From NCBI GenBank assembly GCA_963752285.1, contig CAVVXN010000003.1, forward strand, positions 384,001-448,000: DNA of 64,000 nt, read 5' to 3'. The translations under genes and the position numbers were made by a program. The notes under the pieces are model-generated. The model was not told the origin of the DNA, did no database searches, and was given only the letters and a program-made list of their open reading frames with translations. Shown here in pieces: positions 46,337 through 56,223 of the stretch. The DNA comes from an uncultured Planctomycetota bacterium (GTDB lineage Bacteria; Planctomycetota; PLA2; JAEUHO01). The number at the start of each line of letters is the position of its first letter. The stretch's first letter is position 1.

Positions 46337-48659
46337 TCAGAAGTCCACGGTGAGGGTCCCGAGGAAGGTCGTGCCGGCTCCGTCGTGACGCGAGGCGTAC
46401 GGCCGGTACTTCCGGTTCAGCACGTTCTCGACGGCCAGCTCCACGGAGACGCGCTTCGTGAGCTGGGCGCCGCCGCGGACGTCGAAGGTCGTGTACCCGG
46501 GAACCTCCGGCGTGGAGCGGAGCGGCCCCTTCGACTCGTCCTGGGGGTCCTTGAAGAAGAACTGCTCCGCCAGGTAGAAGTCGCGGGGGATCTGCTTGAA
46601 CTTGCGCACCATGTGCGCCTCGGCCTCGACCCAGTAGCGATCGCAGGGCGCCGCGCGCACGCCGACCGTCCCGTTCGTGGGGATGCCGAGCGGCTCGGTG
46701 TTGTCGGGGTGGAACGTGCCGCGCCACCACGTGAAGTTGCCGTAGACGCTGAGCCCCCAGCGCGGGAGCACGACGTACTCGGCGCCGAGCTCGACGCCGT
46801 GCGTGCGCGCCGTGCCCGCGTTCTTCGTCAGGAAGAGCGACTCGTCCGGGTCCTCCATGCCGTTGCCGTTCCGGTCGATGTAGGTGAGGCCGTGGAACGT
46901 TCCGTAGGTCGCCACGATGAGGTCCTGGTACCAGGACTGGAACCACACCACGTCGGCGCGAAGGCGCGGCGTGTGCAGGTGCGCCCCCAGCTCGAGGTTC
47001 AGGCTGTATTCGGGCTTCACGTCCCGGTCGCCGATCTGCACCTCGTCCGGGTGTTGCACGATGCCGGCGAGGTTCTCGAGGCTCGGGAAGCGGTAGCCGC
47101 GCGTGAGGTTGCCCGTCACGTTGAGGCAGCGCGTCACGTCGTAGACGCCGCCGATCTTCCCGGTCCAGGCGGTGTCCCACTGGTCGATCCGGACGTCGTC
47201 GGGCGTGAGCAGCGGGTCGGTGGTCGCGGCCTCGGGATCCGTGTGGGCGTGCGCCACGTCGAACCGCAGGCCGCCGACGAGGCGGAGCCGCGGGGTGACC
47301 TGCCACTCGTCCTGGAGGTAGAGGCCGAAGTCCTGGAAGTAGCCCTGCGGGATCGTGTAGATCCGGCTGGTCGGCGACGTGGCCAGCAGGTCCACGATCT
47401 CGCGGTGCGCATGGAACCCGTACGTGAGGACGTGGCGCCGCCCCGCGAGGGCCTTGTGGGCGATCACGTCGAGCTGCGGGGACCACACGTCCTCCTCCGT
47501 CAGGAGGACGCGATCGCGGCGATCCGTCGTCCACCCGTTGTGGACGAGCGCGAGGCGCATCTCCACCTCGTCCCACCACGGCGTGCAGCTCTTCTCCACC
47601 CATCGCGCGATCGCGATCTCGCGGTCGCGGCGGTTGAGCTGATCGCGGTTCGGGAAGGTGTAGTTGTCGGGCCAGTCCTTGTGGAGCACGAAGACGGACA
47701 CGCCGAGGGTGCCCGTGCGCGTCGCGCGCCACTCGAACCGCACGTCGCCCGACTCGGAGTCGTACCGTGTCGGCTTGAAGCGGCCGTCGTCGTCTCCGCC
47801 CCGCATGTCGCCCGCGAAGGTCGCGGTCCCGCCGACCACCAGCCGCATGCGGTTCGTGGCCAGGTGACCCTGCAACGCGACCGCGTCCGAACTCCTCGCC
47901 GCCGAGGCCCCCCGCGAGGCGGACGCGCCCGCCGAGCGTCGTGCAGCAGTCGTCGCGATAGTCCACGGGCCAGCCGGAGTAGAAGGCCGTGACGCCGCCG
48001 ATCGCCTGGGTTCCGTAGAGCACGGAGTCGGGCGCGCGGAGCACCTCGATGTGGTCCACCCACTCCATGTCCACCGTCTCCCAGTACCCGCCGGGGCCGG
48101 AGGGCGTGCGGTCGTCGGTGATGCGGACGCCGTCGAACGTGAAGAGGACCTGGTTGCCCGTGAGGCCCCGGATGGTGGGCGTGCCCATGTGGCCCGCGCT
48201 GCCCTGCGTGTTCCAGAGCCCCTCGTGCCAATAGAACATGTCGGACGCGTTCCGCGGCTGCTCGCGCTCGATCACCTGGCGCGTGAGCGCGTTGACGGAC
48301 GTGGTCGTCTCGAACACCTGGTGGCGCGTGAGTGTCGGCGCTTCGACGACGACCTCGGGCAGCGGGCCGATCTCTACCGGCGCCGCGTTCGCGCCGGCGG
48401 GCGCCTGGCCCGGCGCGCCGTTCTGTTCGCCACGGGCGGTCGGCGCGGGCACGGCCGCGGGGGCGGTGCTCGGCGTGGCGCCCGGGACCGGAGCCGCCGT
48501 GGGAGCGCCCGGCGCGGCGCCCGCGTCGTCGTCGGCCGCGAACCCCGGGGAGGCGCACGCCACCCCGAGCGCCGTTCCGAGCAGGAGGATCCGGATCCCG
48601 GATGGGACCCGCGCGGTCCACGCCTCGATCCGATGGCCACGTCCTGCTTGCGTCCTCAT
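46337..48659 (-). CDS. TonB-dependent outer-membrane receptor, frameshifted near 47880-47915
   Basis: AGGAGG RBS; TonB box EVVVEA; plug PTIRGL..FDGVRI..IEVLRAPDSVLYG..AIGG; barrel YLQDEW, GGLRFD, GYRFPSL, ENVLNRKY, terminal Phe; halves in different frames. Confidence 0.88.
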
Positions 48660-48712
48660 GGTGGGCCTCCTCCTGCCGCGCGTCCACGCAATGGACGTGC
48701 CGCCGGGGGTCC

Positions 48713-48727
48713 TGCGAGCGAGTCGCA
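48713..48727. promoter_or_regulatory. Candidate Fur-family (iron) operator
   Basis: TGCGA-GCGAG-TCGCA 15-bp (7-1-7-like) palindrome 54 bp upstream of the TonB-dependent receptor start. Confidence 0.4.
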
Positions 48728-48861
48728 ACCACCGATTCGGACCCGGGAACGCCTCGATGCACCCCGGCTCGGACCGCGCGCTTGGTGATACGCGCGCGAT
48801 ACGCGAGGTGGCACCGGCGCGTAGCGCCGGGGGCGCGGGGACGAGCCACCCTGTGGCGGCG

Positions 48862-49749
48862 TCAGCCGTTCAGCCGGAAGCGGATCGGGAGGGGCATCAC
48901 GGCCGCTTGGGCGCGGCCGCCCCTGCGGTAGGGCGTGAAGCGCCAGTCCCAGACCGCGCGCACCGCGGCGGCGTCGAGCTCGGCGTAGCCGGAGGACGAC
49001 TGCACCTCGACCGCCGAGACCGCGCCCGTCGCGTCGATCGTCACGCGGAGGACGACGAGGCCCTGGACGCCCGCGGCCCGCAGGTTCGGCGGATAGGCGG
49101 GGGGCCGGTTCGTGGCGAGGCGGCGCGGCAGCTCCACGATCCCGTACGACGCCGCGGGCCGCGGCGCGGGACGGGGGACCTCGCGCGGCGGAACCGGGCG
49201 CGGAGGGGGCGGGTCGGGCGGCGGGTCGGGGTCGTGCTTCGTGCGCCGGGTCGCCACGGTCAACGGCACCACGATCACGTCGGAAACCGCGATCTGGGGC
49301 TCCGGGAGGGGCTCCAGGGTCGGATCCTCGAGGGGGAGCACCTCGACGGCGGCCTCCTCGGGCGTCGGGAGCTCGGGCGGCGCAACATCCACGGGCTCGA
49401 CGCCCGGGACCTCGGGCGGCTCGGTCTCTTCGGTCTGGACCTCCGTCTCGGTCGCCGGGGGCGCGGCGATCGTGGCGGCGAACCCCCGGAGCTCGGCCGA
49501 CGCCGTGGGCGCGAGGACGTGCCACACGAGATACGTACCGATCGCGGCGACGTGGACGAACACGCTCAGGAACACGGGCCAGCGTGTCATCTCGAAGACG
49601 GGCCGGCGCGCGAGCGCCCAGCGCCGCGTCCGGGCCAGCCGCCGCGCCGTGTCCGCGCGGGGCCGAGGGGGCCTGGCGGCCGGGCCGCCCGAACGCGCCC
49701 CCGCGCACCCCGTCGCCCGGACCGGCTTCTCGGTGACGAACGCCTGCAT
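48862..49749 (-). CDS. tonB: Energy transducer TonB
   Basis: TM with SVFVH (SxxxH), Pro/Glu-rich spacer, PAYP..GVQGLVVLRVTIDATG..SSGYAELDAAAVRAVWDWRFTP; start 49749 or 49590. Confidence 0.88.
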   Translation of the reverse strand: MQAFVTEKPVRATGCAGARSGGPAARPPRPRADTARRLARTRRWALARRPVFEMTRWPVFLSVFVHVAAIGTYLVWHVLAPTASAELRGFAATIAAPPATETEVQTEETEPPEVPGVEPVDVAPPELPTPEEAAVEVLPLEDPTLEPLPEPQIAVSDVIVVPLTVATRRTKHDPDPPPDPPPPRPVPPREVPRPAPRPAASYGIVELPRRLATNRPPAYPPNLRAAGVQGLVVLRVTIDATGAVSAVEVQSSSGYAELDAAAVRAVWDWRFTPYRRGGRAQAAVMPLPIRFRLNG

Positions 49750-49857
49750 CGTGCCGACCGAGAGCAAACGTCGCACCCGAACGGCCCTCGACCGGCCGGA
49801 CCCCGCGCGACGGCGCCCGCCCCCTGATTGAATGGCGCGCTCCTGGGAGGGCCTTCC

Positions 49858-51444
49858 ATGAGACGAACCGCCTGGGGGGGCGCGACCACCTGCCTCCTCC
49901 TCGCCCTCTTCGCCGCCCCGGCCCGCGCCGGCGACCTCGCCGACGTGAAGGCCCGCGGCGCGCTGGTGTGGGGCGCCGACCAGGAGGGCGGCGGGCCCTA
50001 CGTCTACCCGCGCGAGGACGACCCCGACCGGGTGACCGGATTCGAGGTGGACATCGCCGACCGCCTCGCGCGCTACCTCGGCGTCACCGCCCGGTTCTCG
50101 CAGGGACCGTGGGACAAGCTCCTGGACCTGCTCCACGCCCGCAAGGTGGACGTGGTCCTGAACGGCTACGAGTGGAACGAGGTCCGCGCCGAGCGCTATG
50201 AGGCGACGATCCCGTATTTCGTGTACGGGCTGCAGCTCCTCGCCCGGAAGGACGACGCGACCATCGCGAGCCTCGAGGACCTCGGCCGGCCCGCGCCCGA
50301 CGGACACCGTCGCAAGATCGGTGTGCTGACCGGCTCCGCGGCCGAGGACTACGTCCGGGAGAAGTACGCCGACGCCTTGGACGTCGTCTCCTACGACGGC
50401 AACACCGACTCGATGCGCGAGGTCGAGACCGGAAAGCTCGACGCCACGTTCCAGGACACGCCGATCGCGCGCTTCTACGGCCCGTCGTTCCCGAAGCTCC
50501 ACGAGGTCGGAGCCCCGGTCGCGAAGGGCTACTACGTCCTCTATGCGCGTCGCGGCGCGGACGACCTCGTCCGCGCGCTGAACGAGTCGATCATCCTGCT
50601 CGTCCGCTCGGGCGAGCTCCAGCGGATCTGCGAGCGGTACGGCATCTGGGACGACAACCAGGCCGAGCTCCTCGCGATCGCAAAGGGCGGGCGCTTCTTC
50701 GGCTACCAGCGCTCCGTCGCCGCCGACACCGGGGCCGGCGACCTCCCGACCGAGGCGGAGGTGCGCTCGATCACGGTCGGCGTGCACGGGTGGACGGTCG
50801 TCCAGCGCTACCTCGTGCCGCTGCTCGAGTCCGCCGGCATGACGGTGTTCCTGTCGGTCTTGTCGTTCCCGATCGCGATCCTCATCGGGCTCCTCGTGGC
50901 GGTCGGCCGGCGCTACGGGCCGGGGTGGGTAGCACGGCCCCTCGCGCTCTACGTCGAGATCCTCCGCGGCACGCCGCTGATGCTCCAGCTGTACTTCGTG
51001 TTCTTCCTGCTGCCCGAGGTGGGCGTGAACCTCCCCGCCCTCGCCACCGCCATCGTGGGCCTCGCCGTCAACTACTCCGCGTACGAGGCCGAGATCTACC
51101 GCGCGGGTCTCCAGGCCGTGCCGCACGGCCAGATGGAGGCGGCCCTTGCGCTCGGCATGAGCCGCGCACAGGCGGTGCGGCGGGTGATCGTGCCGCAGGC
51201 GGTCCGTGTCGTGATCCCGCCCGTCGTGAACGACTTCATCTCGCTGTTCAAGGACACGTCCGTGTGCTCGGTCGTGACGGTGGTCGAGCTCACGAAGCGG
51301 TTCTCGGTGCTCGCCATGAGCACCCAGGCGATCGTGGAGATGATGGCGATGACCTGCGTGCTCTACCTGGCGATGTCCTATCCCATGGCGGTCCTCTCCC
51401 GGCGCCTCGAGCGTCGCCTGGGCTTCGCGGGAGCCCTGGCGTGA
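49858..51444 (+). CDS. Polar amino-acid ABC transporter, fused substrate-binding protein + permease
   Basis: Signal peptide, SBP_bac_3 (GFEVDIA), permease YVEILRGTPLMLQL, AEIYRAGL..GQMEAALALGM, FKDTSV. Confidence 0.93.
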   Translation: MRRTAWGGATTCLLLALFAAPARAGDLADVKARGALVWGADQEGGGPYVYPREDDPDRVTGFEVDIADRLARYLGVTARFSQGPWDKLLDLLHARKVDVVLNGYEWNEVRAERYEATIPYFVYGLQLLARKDDATIASLEDLGRPAPDGHRRKIGVLTGSAAEDYVREKYADALDVVSYDGNTDSMREVETGKLDATFQDTPIARFYGPSFPKLHEVGAPVAKGYYVLYARRGADDLVRALNESIILLVRSGELQRICERYGIWDDNQAELLAIAKGGRFFGYQRSVAADTGAGDLPTEAEVRSITVGVHGWTVVQRYLVPLLESAGMTVFLSVLSFPIAILIGLLVAVGRRYGPGWVARPLALYVEILRGTPLMLQLYFVFFLLPEVGVNLPALATAIVGLAVNYSAYEAEIYRAGLQAVPHGQMEAALALGMSRAQAVRRVIVPQAVRVVIPPVVNDFISLFKDTSVCSVVTVVELTKRFSVLAMSTQAIVEMMAMTCVLYLAMSYPMAVLSRRLERRLGFAGALA

Positions 51445-52190
51445 TCTCGGTCGCCGATCTCGTGAAGCGACACGGCGAGACGGAGGTCCTCCGCGGCCTC
51501 TCGCTCGAGGTCGGGCGCGGCGAGGTCGCCGCGGTCATCGGGCCGAGCGGCGGCGGCAAGAGCACGCTGCTCCGCTGCATCAACGGGCTCGAGCCGTTCC
51601 AGGGCGGCACGGTCACCGTCGGCCCCGACCGCCTCACGCCCTCGATCGACCCCCGCCGCGACGCGCGCCTGCTCCGGTCCGTCCGGCGCCGCGTCGGGTT
51701 CGTGTTCCAGCACTTCAACCTCTTCCCGCACCTGACCGTGCTCCAGAACCTCGTCGAGGCGCCGCGGCAGGTGCTCGGCGAGGCGCGGGCGGCGGCGGAG
51801 TCGCGCGCGGCGTCGCTCCTCGAGCGCGTCGGCCTCACCGGAAAGGAGCGCGCGCGTCCGCGCGACCTCTCGGGCGGCCAGCGCCAGCGCGTGGCGATCG
51901 CGCGCGCCCTCATGATGGAGCCCGAGGCCATGCTCTTCGACGAGCCGACGAGCGCGCTCGACCCCGCCATGGCGAACGAGGTCCTCGGCGTCATGGCGGA
52001 CCTCGCCGAGGGCGGTCAGACCATGGTGGTCGTGACGCACGACCTCCGCTTCGCCGCCCGCGTGGCGGCGAACGTGCACGTCGTCGCACAGGGCCGGGTG
52101 GTCGAGCACGGGCCGCCGCGCGAGGTCTTCCAGTCGCCCTCGCACGCGGTCACGCGTTCGTTCCTCGAGAGCGTCGGAACGTTCGCCTGA
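51441..52190 (+). CDS. Amino-acid ABC transporter ATP-binding protein (GlnQ-like)
   Basis: [54 protein letters not shown] overlap with the permease stop. Confidence 0.95.
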   Translation: MISVADLVKRHGETEVLRGLSLEVGRGEVAAVIGPSGGGKSTLLRCINGLEPFQGGTVTVGPDRLTPSIDPRRDARLLRSVRRRVGFVFQHFNLFPHLTVLQNLVEAPRQVLGEARAAAESRAASLLERVGLTGKERARPRDLSGGQRQRVAIARALMMEPEAMLFDEPTSALDPAMANEVLGVMADLAEGGQTMVVVTHDLRFAARVAANVHVVAQGRVVEHGPPREVFQSPSHAVTRSFLESVGTFA

Positions 52191-52511
52191 CGCCTTTTCG
52201 CGCGTGCCGCGGGACCCTCGGAGTCCGTCCCCGTCGAGAGGCTCCGCTGCGTCTCGATACGCCCTGCCCGCGTCGCCTTGGGCTCGGGCGGGCGCTTCGA
52301 CCGGAGGAGCGGAGCGCGTTCTCCTCGTGGCGCGCACCGGGTCTCGCCGCGCGCGTGCGCCCCGCGCTCGCGCCTCGGATCGGCGACGCGCGGTCCACGC
52401 TCGCCGCGGGCCTGCTCTCGGTGGATCCCGCGATCTGACTCCTCGCGTGACGACGCGGACCTCCGGCCCACGCGGTCGCGATCCTCCCGGATCGTGGTAT
52501 GCCGGGACACG

Positions 52512-53627
52512 ATGAGAGGCTTCGCGATGGTCCCGCTCGCCGCGCTCCGCCTGCCGGGGCTCCCGGCCGAGTGGCCGCCGTGGCTCCAGGTCGTCGTGTA
52601 CGCCGTCGGGGCGATCGCCCTCGCCGCGGTGGTCTCGAGCACGCTCGCGTTCGTCGTGCAAAAGGCGCTCCGCGCGGAGGCGCACACCGTCAAGGGGCCG
52701 CGGCGGCCGCTGACGCTCCTGCTCCTGTCGTTCGTGATCGGCGTCGTGCTGCCCCAAGTCGAGATGCCGCCGGGCCTCCGCGAGGCGCTGGACCAGGCGA
52801 ACGCGATCCTCGCCGTGTTCTCGGCGGTCTGGCTGGTGCTCTCGGTGCTCCGGACCGTCCGATTGGTGATCCTGTCGCGCTACCGCCTCGACGTCCGTGA
52901 CAACCGTCACGCGCGGCGCGTGCACACGATGCTCCGCGTGATCGGGCGGGTGATCGCGACCGCGGTGGTGGTGATCGGGGCCGGCGCCGCGCTCATGACC
53001 TTCCCCGCGGCGCGGGAGTTCGGCACGAGCCTCCTCGCGTCGGCGGGGATCGCGGGTCTCGTCGTCGGCCTCGCGGCCCGGCCCGCCATCGAAAACGTGA
53101 TCGCGGGCATCCAGCTCGCGATGACCGAGCCGATCACGCTCGACGACGTCGTGGTGATGCAGGGCGAGTGGGGGCGCATCGAGGAGATCAGCTCGACGTA
53201 CGTGGTGGTGCGGATCTGGGACGACCGGCGCCTGATCGTTCCGTTCTCGTGGATCCTCCAGAACCCGTTCACGAACTGGACGCGGCGCACGTCCGAGATC
53301 CTCGGCACGGTCTTCTTGCACGTGGACTACACCGTGCCCGTGGACGAGGTCCGCGCGGAGCTCCAGCGGATCGTCGAGAAGTCGGAGCACTGGGACCAAC
53401 GCGTGTGCGGCCTCCAGGTCACGGACGCGACGCCCACCACGCTCGAGCTCCGCGCCGTGCTGAGCGCCGCGGACGCCTCGCACGGCTGGGATCTCCGATG
53501 CGAGGTCCGCGAGGGTCTCGTCCGCTGGCTCGGGGAGCACCACCCCGACGCGCTGCCCCGCGTTCGCGCGACCGTCGGGAACCTCGAGCCCGCCGCGGAC
53601 GCCGGGGGAGCCGTGTCCCGCGCCTGA
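52512..53627 (+). CDS. Small-conductance mechanosensitive channel (MscS family)
   Basis: SLLASAGIAGLVVGLAA, GIQLAMTEPITLDDVVV.GEWGRIEEI..TYVVVRIWD, PFTNWTR, WDLRCEVRE. Confidence 0.9.
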   Translation: MRGFAMVPLAALRLPGLPAEWPPWLQVVVYAVGAIALAAVVSSTLAFVVQKALRAEAHTVKGPRRPLTLLLLSFVIGVVLPQVEMPPGLREALDQANAILAVFSAVWLVLSVLRTVRLVILSRYRLDVRDNRHARRVHTMLRVIGRVIATAVVVIGAGAALMTFPAAREFGTSLLASAGIAGLVVGLAARPAIENVIAGIQLAMTEPITLDDVVVMQGEWGRIEEISSTYVVVRIWDDRRLIVPFSWILQNPFTNWTRRTSEILGTVFLHVDYTVPVDEVRAELQRIVEKSEHWDQRVCGLQVTDATPTTLELRAVLSAADASHGWDLRCEVREGLVRWLGEHHPDALPRVRATVGNLEPAADAGGAVSRA

Positions 53628-53714
53628 CGCTCGCGCCGCCCGCGGTCCGCGTGCACGCCCCGCGGGCGCGTGCGATCCTCCGCCGGCCGCCGACGCGGGC
53701 ACGAGGAGCGTTCG

Positions 53715-54188
53715 ATGATCCACGAGAACAAGGCGCAGATCGTCGCCCTGCTGGACGACGTCCTGAGCGCCGAGCTGACGGCGATCAACCAGTACTTCCT
53801 CCACGCGGAGATGTGCCACAACTGGGGATTCGAGCGGCTCCACCAGAAGATCCGCACGGAGTCGATCGAGGAGATGCAGCACGCGGAGGCGCTCATCGAA
53901 CGGATCCTCTTCCTCGAGGGCACGCCCAACGTGACGCGGCTCGGCAAGATCTCCGTCGGAGACTCCGTACCCCGGCAGCTCGAGAGCGACCTCCAGCTCG
54001 AGCTCGAGGCGGTCCGCCGCCTGAACGCGGCCATCGCCACGTGCCGGGAGGCCGGCGACAACAACACGCGCGCGCTGCTCGAGGGGATCCTCCACGACGA
54101 GGAGGCGCACGTGGACTGGATCGAGTCCCAGATCGAGCTGATCCGCCAGGTCGGAGAGCAGGGCTACCTGGCGATGCAGATCCACTGA
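53715..54188 (+). CDS. bfr: Bacterioferritin
   Basis: ELTAINQYFLH, ESIEEMQHAE..IERILFLEG, EEAHVDW, YLAMQ; GAGGAG RBS. Confidence 0.96.
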   Translation: MIHENKAQIVALLDDVLSAELTAINQYFLHAEMCHNWGFERLHQKIRTESIEEMQHAEALIERILFLEGTPNVTRLGKISVGDSVPRQLESDLQLELEAVRRLNAAIATCREAGDNNTRALLEGILHDEEAHVDWIESQIELIRQVGEQGYLAMQIH

Positions 54189-54344
54189 CCTCACGCACCC
54201 CCGCCACGACCTTTGGTCGGCGCGGAGGGAGGCCGACCGCGGGCCCCTCGTCACCGCGACGACGCGCGTGTCGAACCGCACCCTCGCGCCCCCCACGAGG
54301 AGCGAGACGGGGACGAGGGAAGGCCGCGCCGCGTCGCGAACCCC

Positions 54345-54604
54345 AGCCCGCACAACCCATGAACCCTCGTGGATCACGCGGCCCTGCGCACGCCCGATCC
54401 CCGATGGCGGCGTCGTTCGTCGTCGGCGATCCCCAAATCACAGACATGGACGGGGGGGGCGCCTCCTCCACACGCCTTGCCCTCGGGGACCTGGCGCACG
54501 CAGGACACCCTGTCGGAGAAGGCGTGATCGCCCAGCTGTCGCAGCTCGAACCTCCACCGACGCTTCCGTCGAACACGTCGCGTGCTTCATGGGTTGTGCG
54601 GATT
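54345..54604 (+). mobile_element. MITE-like element, copy 2 (about 260 bp)
   Basis: TIRs AGCCCGCACAACCCATGAA / TTCATGGGTTGTGCGGATT; collinear with copy 1. Confidence 0.8.
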
Positions 54605-54950
54605 GGCGGCACGGTGGAGAGGAGGACCGCGACGAGCGGAGGACCCCTTGGGGAATGGGGCCCGCGAGCTCCGTCTGGGGCTTCTCACGGCGGCGGCCGG
54701 AAAGGCGCGTACGGCGGCCCGCTGGGCGCGCGTGTCCCGCCGTCGGGCTCCGTCGCTTCCTCGAAATGCGGACGCGCCGCGAGCTCGTGTGACCTCCTCG
54801 GCCTTCACGGCGAGAAACGCTTCGGGTGCTCGGCGATCGAACCCCCGGGCCTCCTACGGCCGGCGACGGGATCCCGCTCGACAAAATGCCCCGTCCGGGC
54901 GCTCGGCACGGGCGTAGAATGGGATTCCGTTGGTCCGGGGACTCTGGAGC

Positions 54951-56102
54951 ATGCCGCGGCGCCCCGACTTGGCCGTCTTCCGAGCACGATACGCATCTGC
55001 GCTCCGTGCCCACGTGACGGACAACGAGGCGGGATCCCAGCGAAACGGCGCGGCGACCCTGGGCCGGCGCGCCCATCGGCTGGGGATCTCGACCCTCGCG
55101 TTGGCGAGAATCCACGACCAGGCGTTCGCCGCGCTGCGGATCCTCCCGGGGGCTACGCCCGGGGAAGACGGGCGGGACGCGCGGGCCGACGCCTTCTTCT
55201 CCCTCGTCCTCGTTCCGATCGAGGCCGCCCGCCCCGCTGCCGCGGCGGCGCGCCAGCGATCACGCTCCTTGAGCGCGTCGATCGTGCGCTCGTCAGCCGC
55301 CCTCACGAAAGCGCGCCAGCGCGCGACGCAGGCCGTTGGCGAGCGCAGGGCTCGGGAGCGGGACCTCACGGCCTGCCAGGCCGAGCACAGCGCGCTACGC
55401 ACGCGCGCGGAGAGGATGGCCGATCAGCTCCGGCAGCTGGCCCGGAAGCTGCTCATCTCGCAGGAGGAGGAGCGAAATCGCATCAGCCGAGACCTCCACG
55501 ACGAGCTCGGGCAAACGCTGACGAGCGTCAACATCGCCCTGGCGAGCTTGAAGAGCTCCGCGGCGGCCGACGCCAAGGAGCTTCGTCACGACATCGCAGA
55601 GACCCAGCATCTCATCCGCGACACGATGAGCAGGATGCACAGGTTCGCCAGCAAGCTGCGCCCGCCGCTGCTCGATCACTTCGGGCTCGTCCCCGCGTTG
55701 CGCGAATATGTCGAGACGCTCGCTCGGACGAGCCGGTTGGACGCTCGGTTCACGGCGGAGGAGGAGCGCCTCGGGCTGGGAAGCGAGCGGGCGACGGCGC
55801 TCTATCGCGTCGCTCAGGAGGCGCTCGCCAACGTCTGCCGGCACGCGCGGGCCACGAAGGTACAGGTCACCGTGCGTCGGGTCCCCGATGGGGTGGAGAT
55901 GGACATTCAGGACGACGGCCGGTCCTTCGACGTGGATCGCGTCGATCGTTCTCGGAAGAAGCACCACCTCGGGCTGGCCTGCATGCGAGAGCGCATGGAC
56001 ATGATCGGTGGGGCGCTCGTCATCCGATCGGCGCCCGGACAGGGAACGACGGTGCGCGCGGTCCTGCCGAAGTCCGAGGAGGACCGTGACCAGCCCGGAT
56101 AA
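54951..56102 (+). CDS. Soluble HisKA_3 (NarX/UhpB-type) histidine kinase with RsbU_N-like N-terminus
   Basis: QEEERNRISRDLHDELGQ, LRPPLLDHFGL, YRVAQEALANV, DDGRSF, LGLACMRER; N-terminus RYASALRAHV..LGRRA..ARIHDQA. Confidence 0.88.
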   Translation: MPRRPDLAVFRARYASALRAHVTDNEAGSQRNGAATLGRRAHRLGISTLALARIHDQAFAALRILPGATPGEDGRDARADAFFSLVLVPIEAARPAAAAARQRSRSLSASIVRSSAALTKARQRATQAVGERRARERDLTACQAEHSALRTRAERMADQLRQLARKLLISQEEERNRISRDLHDELGQTLTSVNIALASLKSSAAADAKELRHDIAETQHLIRDTMSRMHRFASKLRPPLLDHFGLVPALREYVETLARTSRLDARFTAEEERLGLGSERATALYRVAQEALANVCRHARATKVQVTVRRVPDGVEMDIQDDGRSFDVDRVDRSRKKHHLGLACMRERMDMIGGALVIRSAPGQGTTVRAVLPKSEEDRDQPG

Positions 56103-56223
56103 CCCATGAAGCACGCGCCGTGTGCGACGGAAGTGTCGATGCAAGTCCGAGTTGCGATCGCGAGCGGATCACGCCTCCGCCTACGGGCGCGTGATTTGCG
56201 AAGGTTCGTGGGTCATGCGGGGT
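56092..56223 (-). mobile_element. MITE-like element, copy 3 (internally deleted, inverted, about 132 bp)
   Basis: First ~90 bp match the reverse complement of the copy-1 right end (AGCCCGGATAACCCATG..TCACGCCTCCGCCTAC), joined directly to a degenerate left end (CGCGTGAT..GAAGGTTCGTGGGTCATGCGGGGT). Confidence 0.75.

Noticed and set aside
45156..48728. 1190-aa ORF as one protein
   Set aside because: Chimera of the receptor plug, an off-frame barrel region and the separate PDZ protein, caused by a frameshift.
48808..48826. TGGCAC as a sigma-54 promoter
   Set aside because: No GC at the required GG-N10-GC spacing, and it faces away from the receptor gene.
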